Source of the DNA: an uncultured bacterium
Lineage (GTDB): Bacteria > Actinomycetota > Acidimicrobiia > Spongiisociales > UBA5794
Reading direction: 5' to 3'
DNA: 45,081 nt
Assembly: GCA_965368515.1 (NCBI GenBank)
Contig: CBDUNF010000002.1
Span: forward strand, 1-45,081
Shown here: positions 15,395-24,606 of the stretch, in pieces
Numbering within the stretch: position 1 is the first letter of the stretch
How the letters are laid out: every line of letters starts with the position of its first letter
Notes under the pieces: model-generated
Told to the model about the DNA's origin: nothing
The model's database searches: none
The model's input: only the letters and a program-made list of their open reading frames with translations
Translations under genes and position numbers: made by a program

Positions 15395-16201
15395 ATGGCT
15401 TTCATAACTCTGACCACGGATTTCGGAACACGACAAGGCAGCGACACCGAGCTGCACGGCGCGATCTACGGCATCGCCCCCGATGCGGTCATCACAGACC
15501 TGAGCCACGAGATCACGCCACAGGACATCCGCGAAGCCAACTTTGTCATCAACAACAGCGTCTTCTTCTTCCCCGACGGGACTATTCATGTGATCGTCGT
15601 TGATCCGGGCGTTGGTACCGAACGACGTGCCATCGCAGCCCGCATCGGTAAGCACTTCTTCGTCGCTCCGGACAACGGAGTGCTGTCCGCGTGCATGCGG
15701 CGCGCCACGGAACAGGGCTGGTCGATGCAGTTTGTCGATCTCGACAAGCCCGAGTTCTGGCTGACGAATGTCACCAACACCTTTCACGGCAGAGATCTCT
15801 TCGCCCCAACCGGAGCGCACCTTGCCGCCGGTGTCCCGCTGGCCGAGCTCGGGTCTCCAATGGATGACCCGATCACAATCCCCCTCTGGGGGGCAGATCA
15901 GGCCGCCGACGGAAGCGTGACCGGCGAGGTCATCTACATCGACGACTTCGGTAATGCGATCTGCTCGATCCTGCCCGACGAGCTCGCACACCTCTCGCTC
16001 CCGGGAGGCGTCAACGTCGAGCTGTGCGGCGCAACGATCAACGGCATGGTCAGGACCTTTGGGGATTCGGAATACGGCGCCGACACCCTCATCGCTCTCT
16101 GGGACTCGAGCGGCTACCTGTTGGTCTCTGAGAACAACGGCACGGGTGGCAAGGTGATCAAGCCCCGCCCCGGCGATCCCGTGGTCGTCAGACCTGCCTG
16201 A
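15395..16201 (+). CDS. SAM hydrolase / SAM-dependent halogenase family protein (DUF62, S-adenosyl-L-methionine hydroxide adenosyltransferase type)
   Basis: Track ORF trimmed to MAFITLTTDFG. Motifs TDFG, VVDPGVG and FHGRDLFAP are diagnostic of the family. Confidence 0.85.
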   Translation: MAFITLTTDFGTRQGSDTELHGAIYGIAPDAVITDLSHEITPQDIREANFVINNSVFFFPDGTIHVIVVDPGVGTERRAIAARIGKHFFVAPDNGVLSACMRRATEQGWSMQFVDLDKPEFWLTNVTNTFHGRDLFAPTGAHLAAGVPLAELGSPMDDPITIPLWGADQAADGSVTGEVIYIDDFGNAICSILPDELAHLSLPGGVNVELCGATINGMVRTFGDSEYGADTLIALWDSSGYLLVSENNGTGGKVIKPRPGDPVVVRPA

Positions 16202-16224
16202 CCAAAAAGGACCGCAAACGAAAA

Positions 16225-16252
16225 GAGGGGCCCCGCCGAAGCGGAGCCCCTC
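16225..16252. terminator. GC-rich hairpin between convergent genes (bidirectional terminator candidate)
   Basis: GAGGGGCCCCGC - CGAA - GCGGAGCCCCTC, a 12-bp stem with one mismatch. It is preceded by an A-rich run (GAAAAGA). Confidence 0.55.
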
Positions 16253-16273
16253 TCCACTACATATGTCGGCCGA

Positions 16274-17257
16274 TCAACTACCGATGGTCGGTATGCCGCC
16301 GTCCTGGGTCAACCAGGTGTCTTCGAGAGACTGCACGGTTCCATCTGCAATGAGAGCGGCAAGCGCCTCATTCACACAGTCGACAAGCGGGTTGCCATCG
16401 GCAAACAGCATCCCGTAATCGTCCGGAGCCGCCGCACCCGCCTCAAACTGACCGGCGATGATTGAGCCTTCGACCTGCACCGCAGTGACGAAGTAGGCAG
16501 CGGGAAGGTCAACAACCAGACCATCGATCTGCCCGGCCCGCATGGCCGCCTCTACATCGACGTTCTCGTCGTAGACACTCGCCTCGGTGTTGGGCTGAAT
16601 CACGTCCTCGATGAAGTCGAGGCTCGTGGTGCCGATCGCGGCACCCAACTTGGCATCAGCAAGGTCAGCGACCGTGGTTGCTGAGGCGAACGGCGAATCC
16701 GGGAAGGTCACCAGCGCCTGACGCGTGGTGTAGTACGGATCGCTGAAGTCGACGACCTCGTCGCGCTCGTCATTGATCGAGTACTGCTGAATGTTGAAGT
16801 CCCAGTCCTTAGGCCCGGGAGCGATCGCCTCCGCAAACCCGGTACGCACAAAGACGACCTGGTCATCGGAGAAGCCGAGCTCAGCGGCCAGAGCGTAGAC
16901 CAGGCCACCTTCAAAGCCCGTCTTGGACTCGGGAACATCGAACAGATCGTCGCCGACACCCATCCAGGGTGGGAAGACCGGCTCACCGGTAGCTACGGTC
17001 AGCGTTCCCGGGGTGGCCAGGTTGTGGTTTTCGACAGCACAAGCATCAACAGGTGCAGCTGTGGTCTCGGGGGCAGCGGTCGTCTCGGGAGCAGCGGTGG
17101 TCTCGGGGGCAGCAGTTGTCTCAGCGGCCGTCGTCTCGGGAGCCGCGGTTGTATCAGCGGTTCCGTCGTCGCCATCTCCTCCACAGGCACCGACAAGAAG
17201 AGCCAGTGCTGCGAGCACAACCAGCACCCTGGTCCAGGTTGCTTTGGTCGTGAACAT
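16274..17257 (-). CDS. Polar amino-acid ABC transporter substrate-binding lipoprotein
   Basis: Track ORF trimmed to MFTTKATW (GGAGGA upstream). Lipobox LLVGAC, (TTAAPE)n linker, then a family-3 SBP fold (..LTVATGEPVFPPW.., DFSDPYY). Confidence 0.85.
   Translation of the reverse strand: MFTTKATWTRVLVVLAALALLVGACGGDGDDGTADTTAAPETTAAETTAAPETTAAPETTAAPETTAAPVDACAVENHNLATPGTLTVATGEPVFPPWMGVGDDLFDVPESKTGFEGGLVYALAAELGFSDDQVVFVRTGFAEAIAPGPKDWDFNIQQYSINDERDEVVDFSDPYYTTRQALVTFPDSPFASATTVADLADAKLGAAIGTTSLDFIEDVIQPNTEASVYDENVDVEAAMRAGQIDGLVVDLPAAYFVTAVQVEGSIIAGQFEAGAAAPDDYGMLFADGNPLVDCVNEALAALIADGTVQSLEDTWLTQDGGIPTIGS
17051..17152. repeat. Imperfect 18-bp tandem repeats encoding (TTAAPE)n
   Basis: The protein reads TTAAPE TTAAE TTAAPE TTAAPE TTAAPE TTAAP. 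The DNA units vary at synonymous positions. Confidence 0.8.
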
Positions 17258-17307
17258 ATTTCCTCCAAAGTTGATGCGCGAGAGCATAGTGCGACCCACT
17301 GGGTGGG

Positions 17308-18429
17308 CTAGTCAGTCGTGTCGAGAACTTCCGCCAGCACGTCGAGCACAGCGAGATCCGTGGTGGCGTGGGGTGCAATCCTGACCCATTCCCCCCGATG
17401 GGAGGCAACCACATCGGCCTCATCAAGGCGCTGCACCGTGGCAACTGCCGGCTCGGTCGGCAGATGGAACGACAGAATGCCGGCGCGCTCTTCATCTTCG
17501 TCCCAAGGGTCCAGCACCTCGCCACCACAGCTCCGGACAACATCCTCGATGGCCTTGACTGTCTCCATTACAGATGCATGGATGACGGCGATGCCTTCCG
17601 CCGCTATCAACTCGAGGGCCGCCGCCAGCCCGAATGCCCCGAAGAAGCCGGGACCGCCATCGTGGAAACGCTCTGCATCCACCCGGGCGGGATGTGGCGG
17701 TGGGGTATCCCAGTCGAACGAATCCTCGACACCCCACCACCCGGTCAGGGTGGAGTGCATCATCTCAATCGATCTTGGCGACGCCGCAAGCAGTCCGGCA
17801 CCAAAACCGGCGCGCAGCCACTTCGCTCCACCGGCGACAATCACGTCGGCCGGAACGAGCGAGAAATCGAGCGCACCCAGGCCCTGAATTGCGTCAACCA
17901 CCAGCAGTCCGTCATCTGCAAGTTCGCGCAGCAGACCCAGGTCCGGTCGGAAACCTGACAAGTAATCAACCGCGCTCACGGCGATCGCCCGGGTCTGGTC
18001 ATCAACCGCCGCGCTGAGAGCGCCGGCGGTTACCCGCCGATCAGGAACATCGACGAGTCTCACCTCGAGGCCGCCCATACCCGCCGCCCGCAGCCACGGA
18101 TAGAGGTTCGCCGGAAACTCATGGGAAGGGACGACGACGTTGCCACCGAAAGGCGCCAACCCAAACGCGACATGGAATAGGCCGGCCGAGGTGTTCGGGA
18201 CGACCGTCACCAGCTCGGGAGCGACACCAAGGAAACGCCCAAAGGTGCCCAGGGATGCCTCGTAGGCACCGAGCATCGAGGGGCCGATCCGGCCGTCTGG
18301 CTCTGCCGCCCTGAGATACGCGTCGGTGACTGTGTTGCGAACCCGTCGCGATGGTGGCCCGAACGCGGCAAAATCCAGATACCCCACGGGCTCCGAGAAC
18401 TCGTTCAGATATGAGTCGCTGACCGGCAT
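17308..18429 (-). CDS. Aminotransferase class V-fold PLP-dependent enzyme (cysteine-desulfurase-like)
   Basis: 373 aa with NTSAGL, LLVVDAIQGLG and GGAKWLRAG (PLP-lysine context) motifs. Confidence 0.8.
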   Translation of the reverse strand: MPVSDSYLNEFSEPVGYLDFAAFGPPSRRVRNTVTDAYLRAAEPDGRIGPSMLGAYEASLGTFGRFLGVAPELVTVVPNTSAGLFHVAFGLAPFGGNVVVPSHEFPANLYPWLRAAGMGGLEVRLVDVPDRRVTAGALSAAVDDQTRAIAVSAVDYLSGFRPDLGLLRELADDGLLVVDAIQGLGALDFSLVPADVIVAGGAKWLRAGFGAGLLAASPRSIEMMHSTLTGWWGVEDSFDWDTPPPHPARVDAERFHDGGPGFFGAFGLAAALELIAAEGIAVIHASVMETVKAIEDVVRSCGGEVLDPWDEDEERAGILSFHLPTEPAVATVQRLDEADVVASHRGEWVRIAPHATTDLAVLDVLAEVLDTTD

Positions 18430-18503
18430 CTGGCGCAGAGTAGACCGCTTGCCTGGCCTTGCCTAAGGCACGGACAAGGACCGGTTACGGCTCGCGCCGT
18501 CCC

Positions 18504-18509
18504 TACAAT
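18504..18509 (+). promoter_or_regulatory. Candidate -10 element TACAAT placed 6 nt before the ATG (leaderless mRNA candidate)
   Basis: TACAAT-CCGCGG-ATG(18516). There is no SD between them. Confidence 0.35.
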
Positions 18510-18515
18510 CCGCGG

Positions 18516-20051
18516 ATGCCGCATCGTCCCGCTTTAATCCTGGCTGTGCTCGCACTGGTGCTGGCATCTTGCACCATCGCCGAGCCGAGCCCTGAGCCGG
18601 GGCAACCACCAACCACAGCTGCCATCATCGAGCCGCTACCTGCGATCGATGCCACGACGACGACAACGTTGCCCGCCACGACTACGACAACAACCACGAC
18701 AACCTTGCCGCCGTCGCTGGTTCCCGCAGCCACCGTCGGACAAGCCTGGGGCGAGGTCGTCGGTCTCACTATGTTCCGCGGCAACCCAACGCGCACTTTC
18801 TACGGATCCGGACCAGTCCCAGACGAGCTAGAGGTCCTGTGGCGGTTCCCTGAGCAGGCAATGTGCGGTACATCCCCATTGGGTGGGGAGGCCATCGTGT
18901 GGTGCGGCACAGGATGGACCGGTCAGCCGGTGGTCTGGGAGAGACCGGACGGCATCACCGAGGTCATCTTCGGCGCCTACGACAAGAACATTCACTTCGT
19001 GGACGCCGAGACCGGGCAAAGGACACGGCCCGACTTCTTCATGGGCGACATCATCAAGGGGTCGGTCGTGCTTGATCCGGATGGCTTTCCCCTCCTCTAC
19101 GCCGGCTCGCGTGATTCGCGATATCGCATCATTGCGCTGGACAGAGAAGAGCCCACCGAGGTCTGGGGATTGGAGGCCTCGGCAGTCGCCGGGATGTGGA
19201 ACAACGATTGGGACTCGAGTGCGGCGATCGTCAACGACCTGCTCCTTGTCGGTGGCGAGAACTCATGGTGGTTTGCCATCAAGCTCAATCGTGATCGCGA
19301 CGAAGCAGGGCTGGTGACCGTCGACCCGGAAGTCGTCTATCAGACCCCCATGTGGACCGACGAACTGCTGCAAGCAGTTGGGAAGCAGCAGTCGGTTGAG
19401 AGCTCGACGGCGGTGTTTGCGGACACTGCCTACGTCGCCAACAGCGCGGGACGCGTCGTTGGGTTCGATATCTCAGACGGCGATTGGAGCCAGGACCGGA
19501 TCGTGTTCGACTTCTGGATGGGTGACGACGTTGACGCCACGATTGTCATCGATGCGGAAGGCATGTTGTACGTTTCGAGCGAAATTGACCTCGAAACCAC
19601 CCGCGGCAAAGAAGTTGGACAACTGGTCAAGCTCGATCCTTCACGTTCCGAAGATCCTTTGGTGTGGAGCATTGATGTACCAACAAGAGACCGCGTTGCG
19701 GGAGGGATCTGGGCTACACCAGCCCTTCGCGATTCCGTGCTGTATGCAGCGACGAACACCGGCGATCTGTTGGCGGTGGATACCGCCGACGGCAAGATCC
19801 TGTGGTCCGACTCGGTGGGCACCCACGCGTGGTCCTCGCCGCTGGTCGTCGACGATACGTTGCTCCTCGCCATCGACTGCGAGATCGACTCGGGGTTCCG
19901 CGCCTACGACATCACCGATCCAACAGCCCCGGTCCCACAATGGGAATCCAGAGTTACCGGTGGCTGCATCGAATCGACGCCGGCCATGTGGAATGGACGA
20001 GTGTATGTCGGGTCGAGAGATGGCTTCTTCTATGCGTTGGGAGCGAACTAG
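18516..20051 (+). CDS. PQQ-like beta-propeller repeat lipoprotein
   Basis: Track ORF trimmed to MPHRPALILAVLALVLASC (lipobox). A poly-Thr linker is followed by repeated ..G.l.A.D..tG...W.. blades (LLAVDTADGKILW, VYVGSRDGFFYAL). Confidence 0.8.
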   Translation: MPHRPALILAVLALVLASCTIAEPSPEPGQPPTTAAIIEPLPAIDATTTTTLPATTTTTTTTTLPPSLVPAATVGQAWGEVVGLTMFRGNPTRTFYGSGPVPDELEVLWRFPEQAMCGTSPLGGEAIVWCGTGWTGQPVVWERPDGITEVIFGAYDKNIHFVDAETGQRTRPDFFMGDIIKGSVVLDPDGFPLLYAGSRDSRYRIIALDREEPTEVWGLEASAVAGMWNNDWDSSAAIVNDLLLVGGENSWWFAIKLNRDRDEAGLVTVDPEVVYQTPMWTDELLQAVGKQQSVESSTAVFADTAYVANSAGRVVGFDISDGDWSQDRIVFDFWMGDDVDATIVIDAEGMLYVSSEIDLETTRGKEVGQLVKLDPSRSEDPLVWSIDVPTRDRVAGGIWATPALRDSVLYAATNTGDLLAVDTADGKILWSDSVGTHAWSSPLVVDDTLLLAIDCEIDSGFRAYDITDPTAPVPQWESRVTGGCIESTPAMWNGRVYVGSRDGFFYALGAN

Positions 20052-21022
20052 TGGCTGCTAAATACAGGACCGGCGCTGGCGTTGCCGTTGGCCAGGGCTT
20101 CATTGGGTTTGGCCTGGTCGCCGTTGGCGTTGTGGCAACTCTGGCAACCGTGCTCGGCTTTTTCGGGTCAACGTGGTGGCTGTTCGACTTCGGCGCCAAC
20201 TTCCGTGCCCACCTGGCTGTGGTTCTGCTGATCGTTTCCCTCGGGTACTCCTTGATCTTCTCCAAGACCACCGGCCTCTTCTTCATGGCGATGGCCTTGA
20301 TCAACGGACTCGTCATTCTCCCGCTCTATCTAGGGAACCCGGTAGCTGCAAGTGACGGCGAAGACATGACAATCGTTGCGTTCAACGTGAACCAACGGTC
20401 TTCGATCCGCGACTTGACTTTCCGCTGGATTGACTCCGTCGAACCGGACGTCGTCGTGCTGGTTGACTCGACGGATGATTGGGTCCGTGCCACCGAGTTG
20501 GCTGCGCCCTACAAGCCCCAAAACGAAATGCCGGTTGATCGCACCTACGGCATCACCGTGCTCGCCCGCGAAGACCTCGAAGCAGAGGTGCTCCGCATCT
20601 CACAGGTACGCGACGTAGCAGTGCGAGTTGAAGCCGAAATCGACGGGGAGCCAGTGGTGATCTATGCGATCCAGTCCCGCACTGCGAGCAACGAATCCGA
20701 CGCCAGCCTGCGCGATGCCTACTTCGCAGAGATAACGCGCATGGCCGACCGAGAGACGGCCTCAACCGTTGTGGTCGGCGACTTCCAATCGACATCGTGG
20801 TCCCACACCTTCAAGAGCTTGTTGGCAGAAGCCAACCTGGTCGACTCGCTCAAGGGGTACGGAATCCAGACGACCTGGCCCGCAGACCGGTGGGCATTCT
20901 TCCGGCTTCCCTATGACCATTTGGTCCACAGCGAAGACCTAACGACGGTCGACCGCTATCTGGGACCCTCATTCGGCGTCGAGCACAGGCCAATTGTGGT
21001 GACGCTCCGACGAGCCGCCTGA
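20051..21022 (+). CDS. Membrane-anchored endonuclease/exonuclease/phosphatase (EEP) family protein
   Basis: The in-frame GTG at 20051 overlaps the upstream TAG by 1 nt. Three N-terminal TM helices are followed by the EEP core (TIVAFNV.., VVVGDFQST.., DHLVHS, EHRPIV). Confidence 0.75.
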   Translation: MAAKYRTGAGVAVGQGFIGFGLVAVGVVATLATVLGFFGSTWWLFDFGANFRAHLAVVLLIVSLGYSLIFSKTTGLFFMAMALINGLVILPLYLGNPVAASDGEDMTIVAFNVNQRSSIRDLTFRWIDSVEPDVVVLVDSTDDWVRATELAAPYKPQNEMPVDRTYGITVLAREDLEAEVLRISQVRDVAVRVEAEIDGEPVVIYAIQSRTASNESDASLRDAYFAEITRMADRETASTVVVGDFQSTSWSHTFKSLLAEANLVDSLKGYGIQTTWPADRWAFFRLPYDHLVHSEDLTTVDRYLGPSFGVEHRPIVVTLRRAA

Positions 21023-21059
21023 CACAGCGCGGCAGCGGGCCCAACTACCCTCCACTGCC

Positions 21060-23036
21060 ATGCTTTATGACTACACCGCAACGACCGTCGATCTCATTGA
21101 GAAGATCGGCGATGACGCCATCTCCGCTGCGAACGCCCTCGTGGCAAGGGCAGTCGCATCTGCTCCTCGTACTTGGGATGCCACAATCACTCCCCTGGAG
21201 GACGCCGGGACTCTGATGGGTGCGGCCTACGGCCAATCTCCGTTCATGGCCCGTGTTCACCCCGACAAAGACATCCGTGCCAAGGCGACGGAGATCGAGG
21301 AGAAGCTGACCAAGTGGGGTACCGATCTGGTGTTTCGCACCGACCTGTACGAGGCGGTTCGCGAGTTCAGCGAGACAGACGAGGCAAGGGGCCTGTCGGG
21401 GACCGAAGCGCGCCTGGTCGAACACCTGATGCGCGACTTCAGGCGGGCCGGTCACGAGTTGTCCGCAGCCGATCGCGGTGAGCTGCAGCGACTAAAGCAG
21501 CGTCTCATCGAGCTACAGGTCGAGTACTCGAAGAATCTCGATGAGTGGGACGACTTCATCGAGGTGGCCCCGGAGGATCTATCCGGCCTACCCCCGGAAT
21601 ACGTGAACGGCCTTCCCGCGGGTTCAGAGCCCGGCTCTCTCAAAGTGGGGATGGCTTACCCCGACTACATCCCGTTCATCGAGCAAGCCGATCGGCGCGA
21701 CCTGCGCAAGGCCATTCAATTCAAGTTCTGGAATCGAGCAACCGCCCAGAACAACCCTTTGCTTGCAGAAGCCGTGACTCTGCGCAGCCAGATGGCCCAA
21801 CTGTTCGGCTTGCCGACCTGGGCGCATTACGCAATGGAACTGAAGATGGCCCGCAACCCCGAAACCGTCGCCGACTTCTACGACTCGATCGTGCCGCGAC
21901 TCGCTATCAAGCGCGATGCCGACATCGCAGTGATGACCGAGTTACTACAAGCGGACACCCACAGCCTGGGTGAGGAACTTGGCGGTGGCGCGCTCCAGTC
22001 ATGGGACAGCAGCTACTACGCAACACAATTGCGCAAACGAGACTTTGGCATCGATCAGAACGAAGTCGCCGCTTACTTTCCGCTCGATCGCGTCGTGGCG
22101 GGCATGTTCGAGATAACCGGAGAGGTGTTCGGCCTCGAGTATCGGCGGCTGGAGGAGACCCAGGCCTGGCATCCGGACGTTCACCTCTACGAGATCCGCA
22201 ACGCGGGATCGGATGATCCCATCGCGTACTTCTACGCAGATCTATTCCCTCGTGATGGCAAGTTCGGTCATGCGGCCGCCTTCCCGCTGATCACGGGTCA
22301 GCGTCTCGATGACGGCACCTACCGCAAACCGATTGCTGCGATCGTCGCCAACTTCACCAAGCCGACCGACACCGCACCGTCGCTGCTGAAACACGATGAG
22401 GCGCTCACGCTGTTCCACGAGTTCGGACATATTCTCCACTTCTGTCTCACGACGGTCGATCTGGCTCGTTTCGCCGGGTTCGATACCGAGTGGGATTTTG
22501 TAGAGGCGCCGTCGCAGATCATGGAACATTGGATGTGGCAACCGGAGGTACTGCAGCGGTTCGCCAGGCACCACGAAACAGGCGAATCCATTCCCGCCGA
22601 TCTTGTCGAACGGCTGGTGGCGGCCCGCGATCTCAACGTAGGCCTGCTGACAATGCGACAGATATTCCTGGGGCAGTTCGATCTGAACCTTCACGGTGCA
22701 ACGGGTCCCGTCGACATTGACCAGGCCTACCGAGATGCATATGCGCTGACCGGGTTCCCCTTCTACGAGGACACGCACTTCGGGGCAAGCTTCGGCCATC
22801 TCATGGGTGGCTACGACGCAGGGTATTACGGCTATCTGTGGTCCAAGGTCTACGGCGACGACATGTACTCGGTATTTGCCAGCGACGGCATCCTCAGCCC
22901 CGAGGTAGGCACCCGGTACCGCAACGAGGTGCTGGCCCGCGGCCACTCGCGAGACGCTATCGACCATCTGCGCGCCTTCTTGGGTCGCGAGCCTTCTACT
23001 GAGGTGTTCTTGCGCGATCTCGGACTTGCGGACTGA
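21060..23036 (+). CDS. M3-family zinc metallopeptidase (oligopeptidase A / peptidyl-dipeptidase Dcp type)
   Basis: 658 aa. Zinc motif LFHEFGHILHF and the downstream E of the HExxH+E signature (DFVEAPSQ). Confidence 0.9.
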   Translation: MLYDYTATTVDLIEKIGDDAISAANALVARAVASAPRTWDATITPLEDAGTLMGAAYGQSPFMARVHPDKDIRAKATEIEEKLTKWGTDLVFRTDLYEAVREFSETDEARGLSGTEARLVEHLMRDFRRAGHELSAADRGELQRLKQRLIELQVEYSKNLDEWDDFIEVAPEDLSGLPPEYVNGLPAGSEPGSLKVGMAYPDYIPFIEQADRRDLRKAIQFKFWNRATAQNNPLLAEAVTLRSQMAQLFGLPTWAHYAMELKMARNPETVADFYDSIVPRLAIKRDADIAVMTELLQADTHSLGEELGGGALQSWDSSYYATQLRKRDFGIDQNEVAAYFPLDRVVAGMFEITGEVFGLEYRRLEETQAWHPDVHLYEIRNAGSDDPIAYFYADLFPRDGKFGHAAAFPLITGQRLDDGTYRKPIAAIVANFTKPTDTAPSLLKHDEALTLFHEFGHILHFCLTTVDLARFAGFDTEWDFVEAPSQIMEHWMWQPEVLQRFARHHETGESIPADLVERLVAARDLNVGLLTMRQIFLGQFDLNLHGATGPVDIDQAYRDAYALTGFPFYEDTHFGASFGHLMGGYDAGYYGYLWSKVYGDDMYSVFASDGILSPEVGTRYRNEVLARGHSRDAIDHLRAFLGREPSTEVFLRDLGLAD

Positions 23037-24009
23037 CCACGACGCCGGTGGCACTCCCGCCCAAACCTGCTGTAATCGCGAGGTGAACGACCGCCCCGTC
23101 TCCCGCCGACCCCTCTCCGTCTGGCCGCTGGTCATATTCACCGGCTTTGTCTTCGGGTCGGGTGGGCTACTTTCGAAATCGTTGATCGACCGCGGGGTGG
23201 ACTCCTTCACGGTGACCGGAATACCGTTTGCGATCGCAGCCATCTGCGCCTGGGTCATCGCGGCCAAGACCGGAGAGGCGCGACGCGCTGCATTCGGCCC
23301 GGGCGTGATCCTCGGCGTATTCAATTCGGCGCTGCCTGCCCTGTTCTTCAACATTGGGTTCGAGACTCTGCCGGCCGGCCTCGTAACTCTGATCATTTCG
23401 CTTGGGCCGGCAATCACCGCTGCCATCGCTCACCTTGTGTTCACCGACGAGCGTTTCAACGTGATGAAAGGGCTCGGATTGGTAGTGGCATTGACCGGAG
23501 TCCTGGCGCTGATCGCAGCACCGGGGGTTATCGAAGGAACGTCATACCACGGAGCGGCGTGGACGATTCTGGGAGCGCTGCTGGCCGGAACCAGTGCGGT
23601 CTTGTCCCGATGGTATGCGGTGCGACACGGTGGATTGGCGCTGGTCCCGTCGCAGCTGACGGCGGCTGGGATCACACCGTTTGTCGCGGCTGCGATCTTC
23701 GGGAGATCGCTGATTCCTGCGGGAGGTTTTGCCGGCGGCGACCTTCCGATCATGGCAGCGATGGGGCTCTTCGCTTCCTATGCCGGTTTCAGAACCCTCA
23801 TGCTTGCCAATGAACGCGGCACGACCGGACAAGTGGCAATGGTGGCCTATCTCATCCCACTCGTCGGGGTCACGGGGGGCATTGTGTTCTTCGCGGAAAG
23901 GTTGACTCTCTGGATCGTTCTCGGTGGAATGCTGATCCTTGCCGGCATCTTCCTGGGTGGTCGCGCCAGCGCATCGACCGGACCCTCCCCAAACCCATCA
24001 CAGCGGTGA
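23026..24009 (+). CDS. DMT/EamA-family transporter (start codon uncertain)
   Basis: Ten hydrophobic helices arranged as two EamA-like halves. The track start is a TTG with no SD, and an alternative GTG lies at 23083. Confidence 0.75.
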   Translation: MRTDHDAGGTPAQTCCNREVNDRPVSRRPLSVWPLVIFTGFVFGSGGLLSKSLIDRGVDSFTVTGIPFAIAAICAWVIAAKTGEARRAAFGPGVILGVFNSALPALFFNIGFETLPAGLVTLIISLGPAITAAIAHLVFTDERFNVMKGLGLVVALTGVLALIAAPGVIEGTSYHGAAWTILGALLAGTSAVLSRWYAVRHGGLALVPSQLTAAGITPFVAAAIFGRSLIPAGGFAGGDLPIMAAMGLFASYAGFRTLMLANERGTTGQVAMVAYLIPLVGVTGGIVFFAERLTLWIVLGGMLILAGIFLGGRASASTGPSPNPSQR

Positions 24010-24606
24010 AGGTAGCTCGGTCCATCCATTGGGCATGGGAATCAGGCTCCACTCCGGGTCGGGCTCGAAGTCGACCCAAGATCGTTCCCACCACCAATCA
24101 CCCGACTCGATCAACCTGCCCATCTCCTCACCAAGTTCAAGGATGCGACGCACCTCGATCAGTGTGAAGCGTCCCTCATCGTGCCGCTTCCACAGCAGGT
24201 CGATATCCTTGAACTCCCAATCGCCATCAGGGCTTATCCAGATATCGAGCTCCAGATCTTGTGAATCGAAGCCGATCGCCGTCCGCTCAAACGGGGCCTC
24301 AAAGTTGATGTACCAGCCGCGGAAGACCCGCTCGGGACCATCCCAGAAATGCCAGACGGCATAGGGGTCACCGGGTCGCTGCACCATCAGCGCACCGTTG
24401 CCGTGCCAGGAATCGAAACCGTGCCAGGGATGAAGACCGTCCGGAGTCGGCCAGTCACCGTCGGGGAAATGGAATCGGGACCCTTCTGGCGAATACGTGA
24501 CCAGCAGGTCTTCGGTATCCACGACCACATTCACCACCCAGCCCAGCCAGGGGCGGCCATGAACGATCTGGCGTCGCACAATTGCCTCGCCTCGGCGCCA
24601 ACTCAA
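23998..24606 (-). CDS. DUF402 (FomD/Ntdp-like nucleoside di/triphosphatase fold) protein
   Basis: 202 aa with WYINFEAP..DLELDIWISPDG..KDIDLL, the characteristic DUF402 core. Its start overlaps the menE stop by 4 nt. Confidence 0.7.
   Translation of the reverse strand: MSWRRGEAIVRRQIVHGRPWLGWVVNVVVDTEDLLVTYSPEGSRFHFPDGDWPTPDGLHPWHGFDSWHGNGALMVQRPGDPYAVWHFWDGPERVFRGWYINFEAPFERTAIGFDSQDLELDIWISPDGDWEFKDIDLLWKRHDEGRFTLIEVRRILELGEEMGRLIESGDWWWERSWVDFEPDPEWSLIPMPNGWTELPSPL

Noticed and set aside
11462-17152. Tandem repeats (11462-11506 and 17051-17152) as CRISPR or other non-coding arrays
   Set aside because: Both are in-frame coding repeats, (HDDDD)3 and (TTAAPE)n, with no spacers. No cas genes are present.
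19802-20050. N-terminal extension of the EEP ORF
   Set aside because: It lies inside the PQQ-propeller gene in another frame. The in-frame GTG at 20051, right at the upstream stop, precedes the first TM helix.
22242-23426. 394-aa minus-strand ORF
   Set aside because: It is antisense to the M3 peptidase and EamA genes, both of which carry clear family motifs.
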